Shown piece by piece: positions 1 through 12,666 of a DNA stretch of 64,000 nt (the stretch's first letter is position 1; every line of letters begins with the position of its first letter). Made by a program: the position numbers and the translations under genes. The stretch comes from Heteronotia binoei. Taxonomy: Eukaryota. The notes below the pieces were generated by a model. The model did no database searches. It was given only the letters and a program-made list of their open reading frames with translations, and was not told the origin of the DNA. Where the stretch lies: contig NC_083237.1 in assembly GCF_032191835.1 (NCBI RefSeq), positions 14,942,001 to 15,006,000 on the forward strand. The letters run 5' to 3'.

Positions 1-302
1 TCATAAATGCATAAGATTATATGAAAATGCATTCAATGTTTCTTACCCAAGCGCAAACAGGTTTTGATGCAAGAAGTCCCTTCCCAAAATATGTTGATAA
101 TGAATTCAGAATCCAATATTTATGTTTTCAAAATCATCTTCTAAAAACAGCTGACTGCCCCACTTGATAGGGTGAAAATTCTGGACTAATTATCTCACTA
201 CTTCAAACACCATATAAAATTATCTATATCCATTGATCCTTTAAGACTATTTAAATGCTGAGTCAGAGTGTTCTTGATACTTTTAATCAGACAAATAATA
301 TA

Positions 303-640
303 AAATAGAACAGATTTTGAGTCCATTGGCACCTTTAAGACCAAATAAAGTTTATTCCAGTTACGAGCTTTCATTTGCAAGCACACTTCTTTAGATACAT
401 AGAAATGGAAACTAACATTTCAGTTAGATAGATAGATAGATCATTGATAGACAGATAGACAAATAGATAGATGAGAGAGAGAGAGATGAAACATTAGCTT
501 CCATTTATATGTATCTAAGAAGTGTTCCTGCACACAAAAGCTCAAAAGCTTGAATGAACTTTTCTTGGTCTTAAAGGTACCACTGGACTAAAAATCTGTT
601 CCCCTGCTTCAAACCAACATGGCTGCCTACCTGGATCTAC
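303..640. mobile_element. Penelope-like foldback element with (GATA)n spacer
   Basis: About 115-bp inverted arms (gcacctttaagacc / ggtcttaaaggtacc) with degenerate hammerhead-like cores. Confidence 0.7.
425..486. repeat. (GATA)n/(GA)n microsatellite
   Basis: Direct reading of the sequence. Confidence 0.9.
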
Positions 641-727
641 AGAGTATAAGAATACTTATTGTAAGTTTCTCAAACATGTTTATCTGCTAGAACACCAGAT
701 AAGTCAAATCAAGTCAAGTTTATTCAC

Positions 728-1313
728 AGCAGAATAGGCTGTTATTGGGGCTGCCCAAATGGGAGCACATACAGCCAGTGCTGCAGGAACTGCACTGGCT
801 ACCAATAGCGTACCGGATTCATTACAAGGTGCTGGTTATTACCTTTAAGGCCCTAAATGGCCAAGGACCCGTTTACCTGAGGGACCATCTGTCCCCACAC
901 GTTCCCCAGAGAGTACTAAGATCTGGATCTCAACATCTCCTAGTGATCCCTGGGCTGAAGGAGGCAAGACTGTCGACCACCAGGGATCGGGCCTTCTCAG
1001 TGGCAGCCCCTTCCTGGTGGAATCAATTGCTGGAAGAGGTTAGGGCCTTGTGGGACCTTGCTCAGTTTTGCAAAGCCTGTAAAACCAGTCTCTGAATTAT
1101 CCTTCAGTCGACTGTAGGATAATTCTGGAACAATTGTCGTCCTGAGAATATGAGTAACATCTAATTTGTTAGCATCAACTGTATATTGTTTTAACTTATA
1201 TCATTCAATGGTTTTATTGATTTTATGATTGTGATCATTGTATAATAAGATAAGCCACTCTGAGCCTGCCTTGGTGGGGAGGGCAGGGTATAAATCGAAT
1301 TAAACATAAACAA
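728..1313 (+). mobile_element. L2 LINE 3' fragment
   Basis: LQELHWLPIAYRIHYKVL...RAFSVAAPSWWNQL, followed by the 3' end gccactctgagcc...gggtataaat. Confidence 0.88.
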
Positions 1314-1489
1314 AAGCCAGCAAAAACAATACAGATAAAACCAATGTCCGTTACAGTAACCTATATAAATCGTGTTAAGAGAATAGAAGTAAAATTGCTA
1401 CATTCAATTATAAAACATACATACAGTTTATAATAGGGTTAAGCAGTGGTCAGGGACCTCAAAAACATAGATCTCTCTTTCATAAATCA

Positions 1490-2500
1490 TGGTTCGATTT
1501 GGAGTGCAGAAAGGCAAAGAACTCTCTTAACGAAAATTATTCCAAATACAGAAGTAATCCTGAGGCTATTCTTTTCAAGGATTTAAAATTTCGAAAAGCT
1601 CAGTACAAGGCCCTTATTAAGCGAAAGAAGCGGGAAAGTGTCAAGGCATCTTGGGAAGAACTATGGAAAGCAGTGAATACAAAGGATTCTGTTCTGTTCT
1701 GGAAACTAGTTTCAGCTACATCAAATAGACCATCAAACATTTGCAATATCCCCATCTCACCTGACTCTTGGGTACTACACTTCAAGACATTGTATGGTGA
1801 CAGTATTATAAGTTGTCCCAAATTGGGGATCCCTTCTAATTTTCCTGTATGGTCCCCAGTGAGCTGCCGGGAAGTGAAAGCGTTCATTAACACCTTAAAG
1901 CCAGGAAAAGCCCCTGGAATTGATCTAATTCCTCCAGAATTGATTAAGAGGAACGCTGACTGGTGGGCACATATACTGGCATCCTTATTTACTCAAATTG
2001 ACCAGTCTGGTAAAGATATCCAAGGACTGGGGGACAGCCATCATTATCCTTCTGTATATAAAGGGTAACAAGGAGGATCCCAATAATTACAGACCAATTA
2101 GTTTGCTTAGTATAGTGAGCAAACTTTATACAAGACATCTACTGTGGAAATTTAGAGACTGGCTAGAAAATGATTTTGGTCTGGCCCAGGAACAGGTAGG
2201 TTTCAGAGAAGGCAGATCAGCAATGGACCATTGCATGCTTTTAGACTCTCTCGGCTTGGCTTCGCGAACGAAGATTTAAGAAGGGTGCAATAGTCCACGT
2301 CTGCTGCAGGCTCGCTGGTGGCTGACAAGACCAATGCGGGACCAGACCATGGTGGTGGCTGACAAGACCATGCTTTTAGACTATTTAATTGTTAAATATG
2401 CTTCCAATGCAACAATATCTTTATAGCGGGCCTTCCTAGACCTCGTTAGCCTTTGACTCCGTTTCCAGAACACCAGATAATATGGCTGGTGTTCTTTGAA
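1490..2500 (+). mobile_element. Non-LTR retrotransposon ORF2 fragment (RTEX-like RT region)
   Basis: WFDLECRKAK, KPGKAPGIDLIPPEL, NYRPISLLSIVSKLY, QVGFREGRSAMDHC, AFDSVSR. Confidence 0.8.
2248..2368 (-). mobile_element. 5'-truncated RTE-clade LINE end with 14-bp TSD, nested in the RTEX-like fragment
   Basis: Minus strand reads SRIGLVSHQRACS-stop then a (GA) tail; TSD catgcttttagact at 2234-2247 and 2369-2382. Confidence 0.8.
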
Positions 2501-2548
2501 AATTTATTTGAAATTTTCTGTTTTGTAAACCTTATACTGGGATCTCAC

Positions 2549-2776
2549 CTGACTAAATGTGCTATGCCAGGTGATGATTTCTTCATTAATGGTGAGTTGA
2601 CTGCCAGGTGAAGCCTGTGGATCCATCTGCCCTACTTTCACTCTTAAGAAGGAGTTGTTCAGAAAGGTAACCCAATTTGTAATGTCAAATCCACTTTTTA
2701 GTTCACTGCGCTGATCGAAAGTCACTTCCTCTCCAGCACTGTTGTTAAATGAGATGCCCCTCAGGAAATAGTGAAG
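2549..2776 (-). CDS. V2R gene 1 exon 4
   Basis: cttccag|[16 protein letters not shown]...WHSTFSQ|gtgaga, 228 bp. Confidence 0.95.
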
Positions 2777-5700
2777 CTGGAAGAAGTAAGAACTTCTATA
2801 AAATGGTGAATAATAGTGTCGTTGGATAATAAAATTTGTGGTTAGGTAAACAGGAGATTTTAAGAGATAAAAGACTTAATTTCTTTGTTGATGGATTTAA
2901 CAGCACACAGGAGATTTCTCAGCAATACTTCCTCAGGTATTCATGCAGAGGAAACGAAATGTCATGATGGTCTTCCATCCCAAATATGTGGATTTGATTT
3001 TGCCAACATTTGAGATGATTCCCTGCACATTCTCTGTCCTGTAATCCTCAATCTAAGAATATCCATTCCTCCTCCCACGCACATATATAATGAACTGCAG
3101 GTAGGGTCATTTTAAAGTATGTCATGGAAAAACCTTCTCACTTAGCAGCCATTCTATTTTCTTCAAAGCAGCCTCCATTCTCTTAATTGGCTTTTAAATA
3201 CATTCTAATATCAAATACAGAAAATGGCTTTTTGGAACTGAGATGTTATTACCTTCCAAGGTGAAAAATAGTGAGCTTTCCTTTTGTGTCCAACCATTGC
3301 TCGTCTGGTCCTGAGTGTAGTTGTGTACATGATGTGCAAAGCATGTGCTATAGCATAGACAGCATTGTAAATGCTGTAGCTTCGGCCAGCTGAGCCCATT
3401 TCAAAATGAGTGCCAGGAAGGCTCTTCTGTTCCTCTCCCTCAGGACAGCTGATCTTGACTGCCTCAAAATCTGGCAACAAACAGCTGGATGCCTCTTTCC
3501 AAAAGACTCTGAAAACACCGGGCCAATTGGGCCAATGAACACCTAAGAGCTGAATGAAATTCTGGAACCCAGGGACCTCATGGAAGTGAACTGCAAAGGA
3601 TAATGATCCTTGGAAAGTTTGTCTGATGAAAGGCCATTGCAATGCCTCCAGTTCCAAATCATCATGAGCTGTTACAACCCACACCTTACCTATTGATATC
3701 TCTGCTGTTTTAGACATATGTAATAACACTGTTAAAGTTGTCATGGCCTGTATTTCTGCATATATGACAAGCACTTGGGCTTGGGATTTACTTAAATAAA
3801 GCAATAGATTCTTAGAGTATTCTTTCAAATTGGGAACACGGAAAGAGAAATCCCTGCTTATTATTCTTTCTGCAAAGGCTGTACAGATGCCATTCTGGGT
3901 AAGCATTCTGGGAAATATTTGTATGAAACTCTCTCCTTTATCATTATCTGGTGCAAGGATCCCAATCCACTTCCATGAGAAATGCTGAAGTAACTGGACT
4001 ATCCCATTATATTGATGTCTTTCATTGGGAACCATCTGGTAGAAGGAAGGGAAGTTCACTGTGTCATGTTCCTCTGAAGCAAATAAGGTAAAAGCAACCT
4101 GAAAGCGGGGTGGGGGGGGGGGAGATATATGTATACACATTGATTTAGATATAATATGTCTATTTTCAGTCTTTCTAATCATCATTAACAACACTTTACT
4201 CCATTTTCTTCATTACTGGGGGGGGGGGGGATTGAGGTAAAGTTCACATATAGGCTGGAGGAGAAATGAGAACATTTTACGGAAATTTATGGTAACAACA
4301 TTGGAACCTACAGCATTAATTCCTCAGCCTTGACTTCAAACATCAGATTTGTTCATAAACGATACTTAGAGCTTATTGAACATAATTTTGTACTGAACTA
4401 CATATCCTCATGAACTATGCTATTGGCCTCTAATCTAGTTTTATTGGACTCTGATCTAGTGTATGGTTTTGGTGACTTTCCACTAGGGATTTGAAGTCCA
4501 TTAAATTCCATAGATCTACATAGCCTACAAGTTTGGACCTTATTTATTTAATTGTTTTTTTTAAAAAAAAAAATCTTCTGTAACAATAAAAGAGAAGGCC
4601 AATAAAGACCCCCTGTAAAGTCACTCATGAAAGAGATTTCAATATATTGAGTGGGAGTGAAGACATCTGGCATGTTTTTCAGCTTAGAACTTTAATAATG
4701 TAGGAACATCAGCATGTCATGCATATCTTATGTGCTCTGAATTTTTGCTTTAGAAACAAACATTTCATACTCCCATGTATAGCACCATCCATAAATCAAA
4801 GCATACCATAACAACTTCTCTGGGAGTATTAAGTTTATTTCCACAAAGAATAATTATGATATGGTTTGTTTGTTTGGCCTATTGAAGAATACAGAAAGAG
4901 AGGGAAATACACTGTAAAAACTTCATACCCGACACGCATTTTGTACCTGTGGAATCTTATAAATGGGTAAGATGTTAGTCATTGAAAATGATGTTTCTGA
5001 GTCTAGTCCTCCAACTACTGCTGCCAGGTTCTTCTGGGTCTCACAGTTGTAATTTGGGATGGACAAATCCTGCACAGCAGTGAAGCTGAAGATGCTCTTA
5101 TAAGTCAACCTTTCATCATAGTAGCTATGATAGATGTGGAATCCCAGAGTGATATTTGCTAAGATATCGGGGTTCTTATTGATCTCTTTTACAGCATATA
5201 CCAAGGAGAGGACATACAAATTTTTCTCTGGTCTGTCGCTGAAATAAGAAATTATATGTTTTTGTAAGCTGGTCACATTTTAAAAAGGAAACTGAACATT
5301 CAGTCTGAGGGGGAAAGGTGGAAATCTAAGACAGATGGCATGTGAAAGGGATGGAATATAAACAAGTTGAGGGCAAAGACTAAATGAAGAAAGGGCAAGT
5401 ATGATATAGTGAAGTGTATTTATACAATTTGAAAATTACAGTATGCGCATCCATGAACAATACGTTCCATAACAAAGTATCAACCCAACATACGCTGATG
5501 CAGGAGAACACCCCATTGCACCTATTGGGACTAACTTCTGAGGAAACACACATAAGAATGGACTATAAATCTATCTTCTAAACTGAAGAGCATTCATATT
5601 CATTCATTCCTTCATTCTCCACAACTGGTCTCAAGATGAGTAATGGTAATAATAAAAACACTATGTGCTCAAAATTTTTCTCAAAACTTCAATATTATTA

Positions 5701-5998
5701 GAAACAATCAGGTGGCAGTGAGCCAGAGAATATATTCCTCTTTACTAAGACTTGGAATGAAGAAATACCCTTACACAGGTTGCTGATAAAACCATGGATC
5801 AAGATGTTGTTTGAAGTCTACAAGACGAAAGTAGTTTGAAAGCAGAGAAGTAATTCCACCAATGATAAAGTCACCTTTCTGATAATACTCATGTGGGATC
5901 TGAAAGGGGCTATTCATGTGGCACATAGCAAGGTGAGCAATGCAACGTGCTTGAAGAAGCAGCAGTAACAACAGCAACAGAAACGACATGGCCATCAT
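2549..5998 (-). CDS. V2R gene 1 (vomeronasal type-2 receptor, class C GPCR), exons 1-4 only; CRD and 7TM exons lie left of the window
   Basis: Exons 5775-5998 (signal peptide, HEYYQKGDFIIGG), 4947-5238 (292 bp, AVKEINKNPDILANITLGF), 3253-4098 ([26 protein letters not shown]) and 2549-2776 (228 bp, GFDITNWVTF). GT-AG junctions with phases 2,0,0 join into an open frame of 530 codons. Confidence 0.95.
3253..4098 (-). CDS. V2R gene 1 exon 3 (Venus flytrap domain)
   Basis: ctttcag| acceptor, PWK|gtaata donor, 846 bp open. Confidence 0.95.
4947..5238 (-). CDS. V2R gene 1 exon 2
   Basis: tatttcag| acceptor, IPQ|gtacaa donor, 292 bp (same length as exon 2 of genes 2-4). Confidence 0.95.
5775..5998 (-). 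CDS. V2R gene 1 exon 1
   Basis: ATG at 5998, poly-Leu signal peptide, phase-2 donor GT|gtaagg. Confidence 0.92.
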
Positions 5999-6423
5999 GG
6001 TTGCAATTTTTCCCTCTTTTTCTCTGAATACTAAGTTCTGTAGTTTTTAATTTATCACCAACAAATGTCCAGCGAGTCACAATACATTGTCTTCGATGAC
6101 TTGGACTCCACTGATAAGTTCATTTAACACCTGGCCTGTAAATTTGAAAAAAGACCAGGTTGTCAGAGCATGTCCTATTTACAGTTCCTAAAAGGATGTG
6201 GGTTTATATCATTTTTCGAATTTAGCTATAGATAATTTTTGTAATCTCTGCACTTCTGTATACTCTTTGAAGACAAGGACAACAAATTGTAGTGTTTTCA
6301 GATAATGATAAGGTTCATAATCACCCTCATAAGGTACTGTCCCTTTTAAGTAGTGTGAAGCAGAACAACAAGTTAAAAAAACATGGTTGTCAGTCTCATC
6401 AAAATTTGTTATATTCCTTAGAG

Positions 6424-6580
6424 GAAGCACCATCCCACTGCCTAGGGAGGTGGTGACCTCCCAGTCACTGGCAGACTTCAAGTAGCAGCTGGACAAACAT
6501 TTGAGAAGAATGACTTAGACAGATCCTGCATTGAGGAGGGTGTTGGGTGAGATGGCCCTTTTCATCTCCACGATTCTATG
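6424..6580 (+). mobile_element. CR1 LINE 3' fragment
   Basis: LPREVV...FK..LDKHL remnant ending in gattctatg. Confidence 0.7.
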
Positions 6581-6842
6581 CTGGAAAAATGGCAAAATGT
6601 GCATTAGTGGGTGGCTTTGTCCTACTTTATCTCATTCTGAAGAAGTGTATTGGATATATTTAAAATAAATTGCATTTTTAAATTCACCCACCTTGTGGCT
6701 CCCCAAGCACAGAGAGGGTTACATTCGTTCAGTTGGTGTCTTTTAGTTAACTCTTAGTTAGCCTGTCAATATGATGATGTCTACAGGGATGTACATTTTT
6801 TTTTCAAATGAGGGTGAAAGGCGCTGAAGTGTTGGACTCAGC

Positions 6843-6973
6843 TGTCTCTGCAGAAGTGAGCAATGACTCACAAAAGCTCATATTCTGACACAAATGTTGT
6901 TAGTCCTTTAAGGTGCTACTGGACTCTTGCTCTCTTCTTTTATAGACAGACTAAAAACGGCCTCCCATCTTGA
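6843..6973 (+). mobile_element. Penelope-like terminal fragment
   Basis: agtgag...ctcac aaaagctcat...ttagtcctttaaggtgctactggactc. Confidence 0.65.
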
Positions 6974-7289
6974 CAAGATTAGGTAAAGCCTGAACCAATA
7001 ATGTGACAATGTAGAGTTAGTCAGAAATCCAGTTAATCATTTTTGTAACATTTTTTTTTTTAAATATAGTAGGGCAGTATTTGTTTTTTGTTTTTGTTTT
7101 TAACCAAACATTAATTTATTTCTTTAAAACATTTTTATGCTGCCTTTCCAATTGACCAGGACCCACAAGGTGGTGAACGTAAAAAAAAGATCACAATTAA
7201 AAGTACAGTTAAAATACAGAATAATTTAACTAGAAAACATATAAAGCAAGCAAAACAAAAACACTAGACGGTGAGCTACTAACCCTTAA

Positions 7290-7582
7290 GACTATAAGAG
7301 AAGTCATGTTGGATCAGGCCAATGGCATATCCAGTCCAACACTCTGTGTCACACAGTGGCCAGAAAAACCAGGTGCCATCAGGAGGTCCACCAGTGGGGC
7401 CAGAATACTAGAAGCCCTCCCACTGTGCCCCCCCAAGCACTAAGAATATAGAGCATCACTGCTCCACACAGAGAGTTCCAACAATATGCTGTGGCTAACA
7501 GCCACTGATGGACATCTGTTCCATATGCTTATCCAATCCCCTCTTGAAGCTGTCTGTGCCTACAGCCACCACCACCTCCTGT
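7290..7582 (-). mobile_element. CR1 LINE 3' fragment
   Basis: Reverse complement of the CR1 3' end seen at 37385-37803. Confidence 0.8.
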
Positions 7583-8086
7583 GATAAGAAACAAACAAAC
7601 AAACAAACAAACAAACAAAAATGTTTCCTGCCCTCACAGCAGTTTTTCGGCACCCACTCTCCCCCACTCCGAGGCTTACTGCCTTCGCAAGTGAGGAGGT
7701 CTGGCTTTGTGTGTGGGGAGGGGGGTTGCCTGGAGGAAATGGAGAGCTGGCAATTGAGATGGATGGAGGCATCCCCCTTTTTTCCCTGCAGAGCTTTTCG
7801 GCTATTGCAGCCTCTCCTTACCCAACTAGGAAGGGAGGGGGTTAAAGCATTTCAGAAGGAGTAGAGGGTTTGTTTGTTTGTTTTTTATATAGTGCAGATG
7901 TTAAAAGCAGAGCCTTGTGTGGAAAGACACAGCCCTTCCACATACCTAAGCTGGCTGACTAGGGAAGGGGGGGAGGGACAGAAAGCTCAGGTTTTTTAGA
8001 TGAATGGTAGAGACTCATCAGCATTTTATTAGCCTGTTTCAGGAGGTAGGCACCCATCGCTGGGATGGCCTATAGCATGCCAACTA

Positions 8087-8166
8087 AGAACATAAGAACA
8101 TAAGAGAAGCCATGTTAGATCAGGCCAATGGCCCATCCAGTCCAACGTTCTGTGTCACACAGCGGC

Positions 8167-8236
<70 letters not shown>

Positions 8237-8318
8237 TACACACACACTGTGGCTAATAGCCACTGATGGACCTCTGCTCCATATTTTTATCTAACCCACT
8301 CTTGAAGGTGGCTATGCT
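8087..8318 (-). mobile_element. CR1 LINE 3' fragment with (TA)n(CA)n microsatellite
   Basis: (AAGAACAT)n tail, homologous to 37600-37803. Confidence 0.85.
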
Positions 8319-8527
8319 GTGGGACATGTGGCATGTGGGACAATTGGCTTGAGAGGGCAAGTTATTGAAGTGGAGAGGCAGGCAGGGCTTCAGGCAGCTT
8401 TCTGTACTCCTTACATTGGCTCTGGCTTAGTCGAGGGGTTTCTGCTTGAAAGCAACAGACCGCAGGTCTAGCCAGGGCAGCTCCAGTTTGCCAAAACATC
8501 AAGGGCAATCGACCCCCCCCCCCCACC

Positions 8528-8742
8528 NNNNNNNNNNNNNNNNNNNNNNNNNNNNNNNNNNNNNNNNNNNNNNNNNNNNNNNNNNNNNNNNNNNNNNNNN
8601 NNNNNNNNNNNNNNNNNNNNNNNNNNNNNNNNNNNNNNNNNNNNNNNNNNNNNNNNNNNNNNNNNNNNNNNNNNNNNNNNNNNNNNNNNNNNNNNNNNNN
8701 NNNNNNNNNNNNNNNNNNNNNNNNNNNNNNNNNNNNNNNNNN
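8528..8742. other. Assembly gap
   Basis: Run of N. Confidence 1.
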
Positions 8743-9290
8743 TTACAGCACCAAAACTGGGAGCTCTTGCATTAATCAGTTTGCTCTGGGAGGCTGTTTC
8801 CCCTGAGCTAAGACAAAAAGGCAGGTGCCAGAGGGTAACGAATTGGGATCTAACTCACACTCACTCAGCTTAGAGAAACTGCTGTGCAGGATAGCACTGC
8901 CTGGTGAGCAACACCTGGGATACCAGCCTCCAGGTGGGGCCTGGAGGTCTGGCACTTTTACAATTGATCTGCAGTTGGAGGGATAACTTATAGTGGAAGG
9001 AAGGCTGTTTTTGGAGTGGTGAGCACTATGGCGGTGTGATGAGGCTCTTCCCCTCTCCTCCCCCATCCATCCCAACCCCTCCAGGCATTTTAGGCCTAAA
9101 TCCTGGCAACCAACCAGCTGGCCCAGCATTAGTGGACACCACTGAGATTTTTTAGGGTACTGACCGCAGTATATGGTTGCTGGAGGGTAGGGGAGAGCTT
9201 TGTTAAGCATAGGGTCCTAGGGCCCGCTCACAGACCACATATTACACATGCCTAACGTTGTTCACTGTCCTTTTCCCCATTGGGTGTAGT

Positions 9291-10511
9291 ATGCCAGCCA
9301 AGAAGGCAATACAGAAGAAGGGTGGTCAGGCTACGAGGTCACCCAAGCAGGTGCCAGTAGCCATATCATCCTCTGAGGATGAGGAGGGGCCTTCTTTACA
9401 GGACTTGGAAGCCAAGATTGAAGCCATGGAGAAGGCCAAGGCTGAGAAGCAGAAGAGGGGTGATGCTGGCAAGTCTGGGGCAGATGCCCTACCTAAGCAC
9501 ACCAGGTCTGTGGCATGCAAGCCCTCTATGCCAGGTTGGCACAGCTGCAAGAGTTGGAAGAGGAAGCAGATGTGTGAGGCACAACGAATTACCAGACACG
9601 GAAAGGTACATCAGCTAGCATGGGGAGTGGTGGTGGACTGTCACCAGCTACAGCTCTTAACACACATATACCTGGGGAATCACAACAGGGTTGGGATCAT
9701 GGTCAGCTGGCCACAGGGCTATCAGGAGCCTGGTCAAGAGCAGTGCGCGGTGACTCAGTGGGGCAAGTGTGGAGAGGCCCAGAAACCTCAGACGAGGTGA
9801 CTGAGCTGAGTGGGTCACCACACAATATGGCATCAGACTGGCCCTATGCCTACATGGAACGGTCGCTCCCCCTGGGGGGCCATCTGCTGGCTGATACAAA
9901 GGCTAAGATTTTGAGGGGGGAGTATGTGGAGATAGTCACACTCTTATTCAGGGATGTGGAGCTTAAGGCGAGTGTGAGGGACGACCCCAGGGAATTGGAA
10001 AAAATTAAGCGCATGCAGATAGACAAAAACGTTGACAATTGGCTGTCAGCCTATACCATTTACATGAGGATGGTCTTGGAGGCTTATCCCCACCTGGGGT
10101 CTGTGTTGGTGAAATACATGGATCTCATTCACAGAGCATACAAAGAATACTCTCCAGCCCTGCCTTGGACAGGGAGCACCAACAGCTCTGGTCCCAATGC
10201 CTGGGCCCTGCAGCAGCAGTGCAGGACAAGTATCCAGATAGTGGGCACCTGGTTGCATGGTCACACACCAAGGTAGGACGAGCATCAAGTCATGGGTTCA
10301 ACCCCTGCTTGTCTGTTGGAACTTCACCGCGGCGAAGTGCTCCAGGAAGCAGTGCAAATTTAAGCACACCTGCAGCACATGTGGAGGCTATCACCCTGTA
10401 GCTTCCTGCAAGAGCGGTGAGGGCCGGCAAACTGGGGGAGGAGTCAAAGGTGGTTCCAAGAGGGCCAAGGGAGACACTCCTGGGAAAGGCACACAGTCCA
10501 ATCAGGCTTGA
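9291..10511 (+). pseudogene. gag-like ORF of the YR retrotransposon (frameshifted)
   Basis: PLGGHLLADTKAKILRGEYV, NWLSAYTIY, KYMDLIHRAY, then a Cys/His zinc-knuckle cluster, spread over several frames. Confidence 0.8.
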
Positions 10512-12080
10512 GATTTTGCAGGAATGGCTACAGGGGTACCCCTGTGGGAGGGATGCGGTTTACCTGGAAGAGGGGTCCTGGGTGGGGTTCCAAATCCCCT
10601 TTGAAGGGGAATGAAAACACTACATGTCTAATAATTTAAGATCTGTTAAAGGGTTGGAACACATCATGCAAAGGAAAATTGATAAAGAGGTGCAGGAAGA
10701 GAGGGTGGCTGGGCCCTTCAGGGAATTACCCATGGCCACGTTGCGCATACCACCCCTGAGAGTGGTGCCTAAGAGGTCCCCTGGGAGTATCAGCTGATTC
10801 ATCATTTATCCCATCTACACGGGAGCTCAATGAATGATGGGATCCCAGAGGCCCTGGCCACAGTGCGCTATGCATCATTTGATAGTGCAGTGATGATGGT
10901 GGCCCATTGTGGGAAGCGAGCGCTGATGTGAAAGTGTGATATCAAATCAGCTTTCCGCCTATTGCTGATACACCCAGATTATTTTGAGCTGCTGGACTTT
11001 GCATTTGGGAGACAGTTCTTCTATGACATGGCTCTGCCCATGGAATGTCCAATTTCATGCGCAGCCTTTGAGAAGTTTAGCTCCTTCCTGGAATGGGCTT
11101 TCAAGTGCAGGGCAGGCACCAATCGAGTCACTCACTACTTGGATGATTTTTTGTTTGCAGGGGGCAGGGACTAACAAGTATCACAATTACATGGATATTT
11201 TTCAGAAGATGGCTGCAGACCTGGGGGTTCCCCTGGCACAGGAGAATACAGAGGAACCTGCCACTAGATTGTCCTACCTAGGCATTCTAATCGACTCTGA
11301 GAGGGAGCTTTGTGCCTTGCCTGCGAATAAGGTGGTAGGGCTGGTAACGCTACTAGAGCAGGCTTGTTCACGGAGAAGCATGACCCTGAGGGAATGGCAG
11401 GTGCTCCTTGGTCATTTGAATTTTGCTTGTAGGGTGGTGGCCCAAGGGCGGGAGTTTATAAGGAGGCTATGCAATTCCCTACAAGCGGAATCTAACCCTC
11501 AGCACAGGGTTCGAGTCTCAGGGGGAATCAAGGCTGACTTGTACATTTGAATTTCTTGAATTTCTTAAGGGGTACAACGGGGTGTCCTTTTGGCACAGCA
11601 CTGCATTGCTTGAGCTTCCTTACAGATCTCCTCGGATGCCACAGGTAGCCTGAGGTTCAGGGTCTTTTTCCAAGGAAGCTGGGGTGCACAGTGCTGGCCA
11701 CAGGACTGGGGAGTATCTGGCCTTATGAGGGATTTAACTTTCCTGGAATTTTTCCCCATGGTGGTTGCAGTACACATGTGGCACAACCAGCTCCAGAACA
11801 AAGTGGTTAAGTTCTGGTGTGACAACCAGGCAATAGTGCAGGTGGTTAATAAACTCACCTCAAAGTCACCTCTAGTTATGAGACTGGTAAGAGCATTTGT
11901 TTTACGCTGCCTGCAGTTTAATATTATGTTTGTGGCTAAGCATGTGCCAGGTGTTCACAACAACATTGCAGATGCCTTGTCTCGATTTCAGGGGGAGCGG
12001 TTCAGGCAATTGGCCCCAAATGCAAACCAGTATCCAGAGCAAATGCTGGAGGAATTGTGGAAGCTTGGCAGGGTGAAGTT
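10480..12080 (+). pseudogene. RT/RNase H of the YR retrotransposon (stops and frameshifts)
   Basis: GFQIPFEG, RVAGPF, VVPKR, LIHHLS, YLDD catalytic motif, RNase H DN and DALSR motifs. Confidence 0.9.
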
Positions 12081-12211
12081 AAAAGGGCAGTGGCAGCATC
12101 ATTAGCCCCAGGTACAAGGGTGACATACAAGGGGTATCTGGAAGTCTTTTGTGGATTCAGGGATGGCCAGGGGCTTGGTCAGATGTGGCCGGTGCCGGTT
12201 GAGCATCTGCT

Positions 12212-12494
12212 GGAGAGCCAGTTTGGTGTAGTGGTAAAGTGTGCGGACTCTTATCTGGGAGAACCGGGTTTGATTCCCCACTCCTCCACTTGCACCTGCT
12301 GGCATGGCCTTGGGTCAGCCATAGCTCTGGCAGAGGTTGTCCTTGAAAGGGCAGCTGCTGTGAGAGCCCTCTCCAGCCCCACCCACCTCACAGGGTGTCT
12401 GTTGTGGGGGAGGAAGGTAAAGGAGATTGTGAGCCGCTCTGAGACTCTTCGGAGTGGAGGGCGGGATATAAATCCAATATCTTCTTCTTCTTCT
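12212..12494 (+). mobile_element. tRNA-derived SINE (Squam3/Ther1-like), nested in YR
   Basis: tRNA-like head (tggtgtagtggt...gggtttgattccc), CORE-like cctcacagggtgtctgttg, L2-like 3' end and (TTC)n tail; sister copies at 15064 and 40027. Confidence 0.85.
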
Positions 12495-12666
12495 GCAGTT
12501 TGCAGTAGCCTTGAGTACCAGGGGCTTGGCTGTTCGGACCATTAAATGACACATGGCAGTGATGGCCTTTCAGTCAAAAGCTAGGGGCTTAGGAGAACAC
12601 ACAGGGGATTTCAGGTTGAGGCAGATGCTAGAGGGCTGGATCAGGGAGGTGCCACCGGTGTCTGAC

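Noticed and set aside
1-2548. Exons 5-6 of V2R gene 1
   Set aside because: No CCYDC or 7TM motif found on the minus strand; presumed outside the window, so the gene is not called a pseudogene.
8318-8527. Possible 5' terminal repeat of the YR element
   Set aside because: Only short matches (tcgagggg, gcttgaaagcaa) to the 3' end; not convincing, and the adjacent gap prevents resolution.
12212-12290. tRNA gene (also at 15064, 33445, 40027)
   Set aside because: tRNA-like heads run straight into SINE bodies and tails; no complete cloverleaf.
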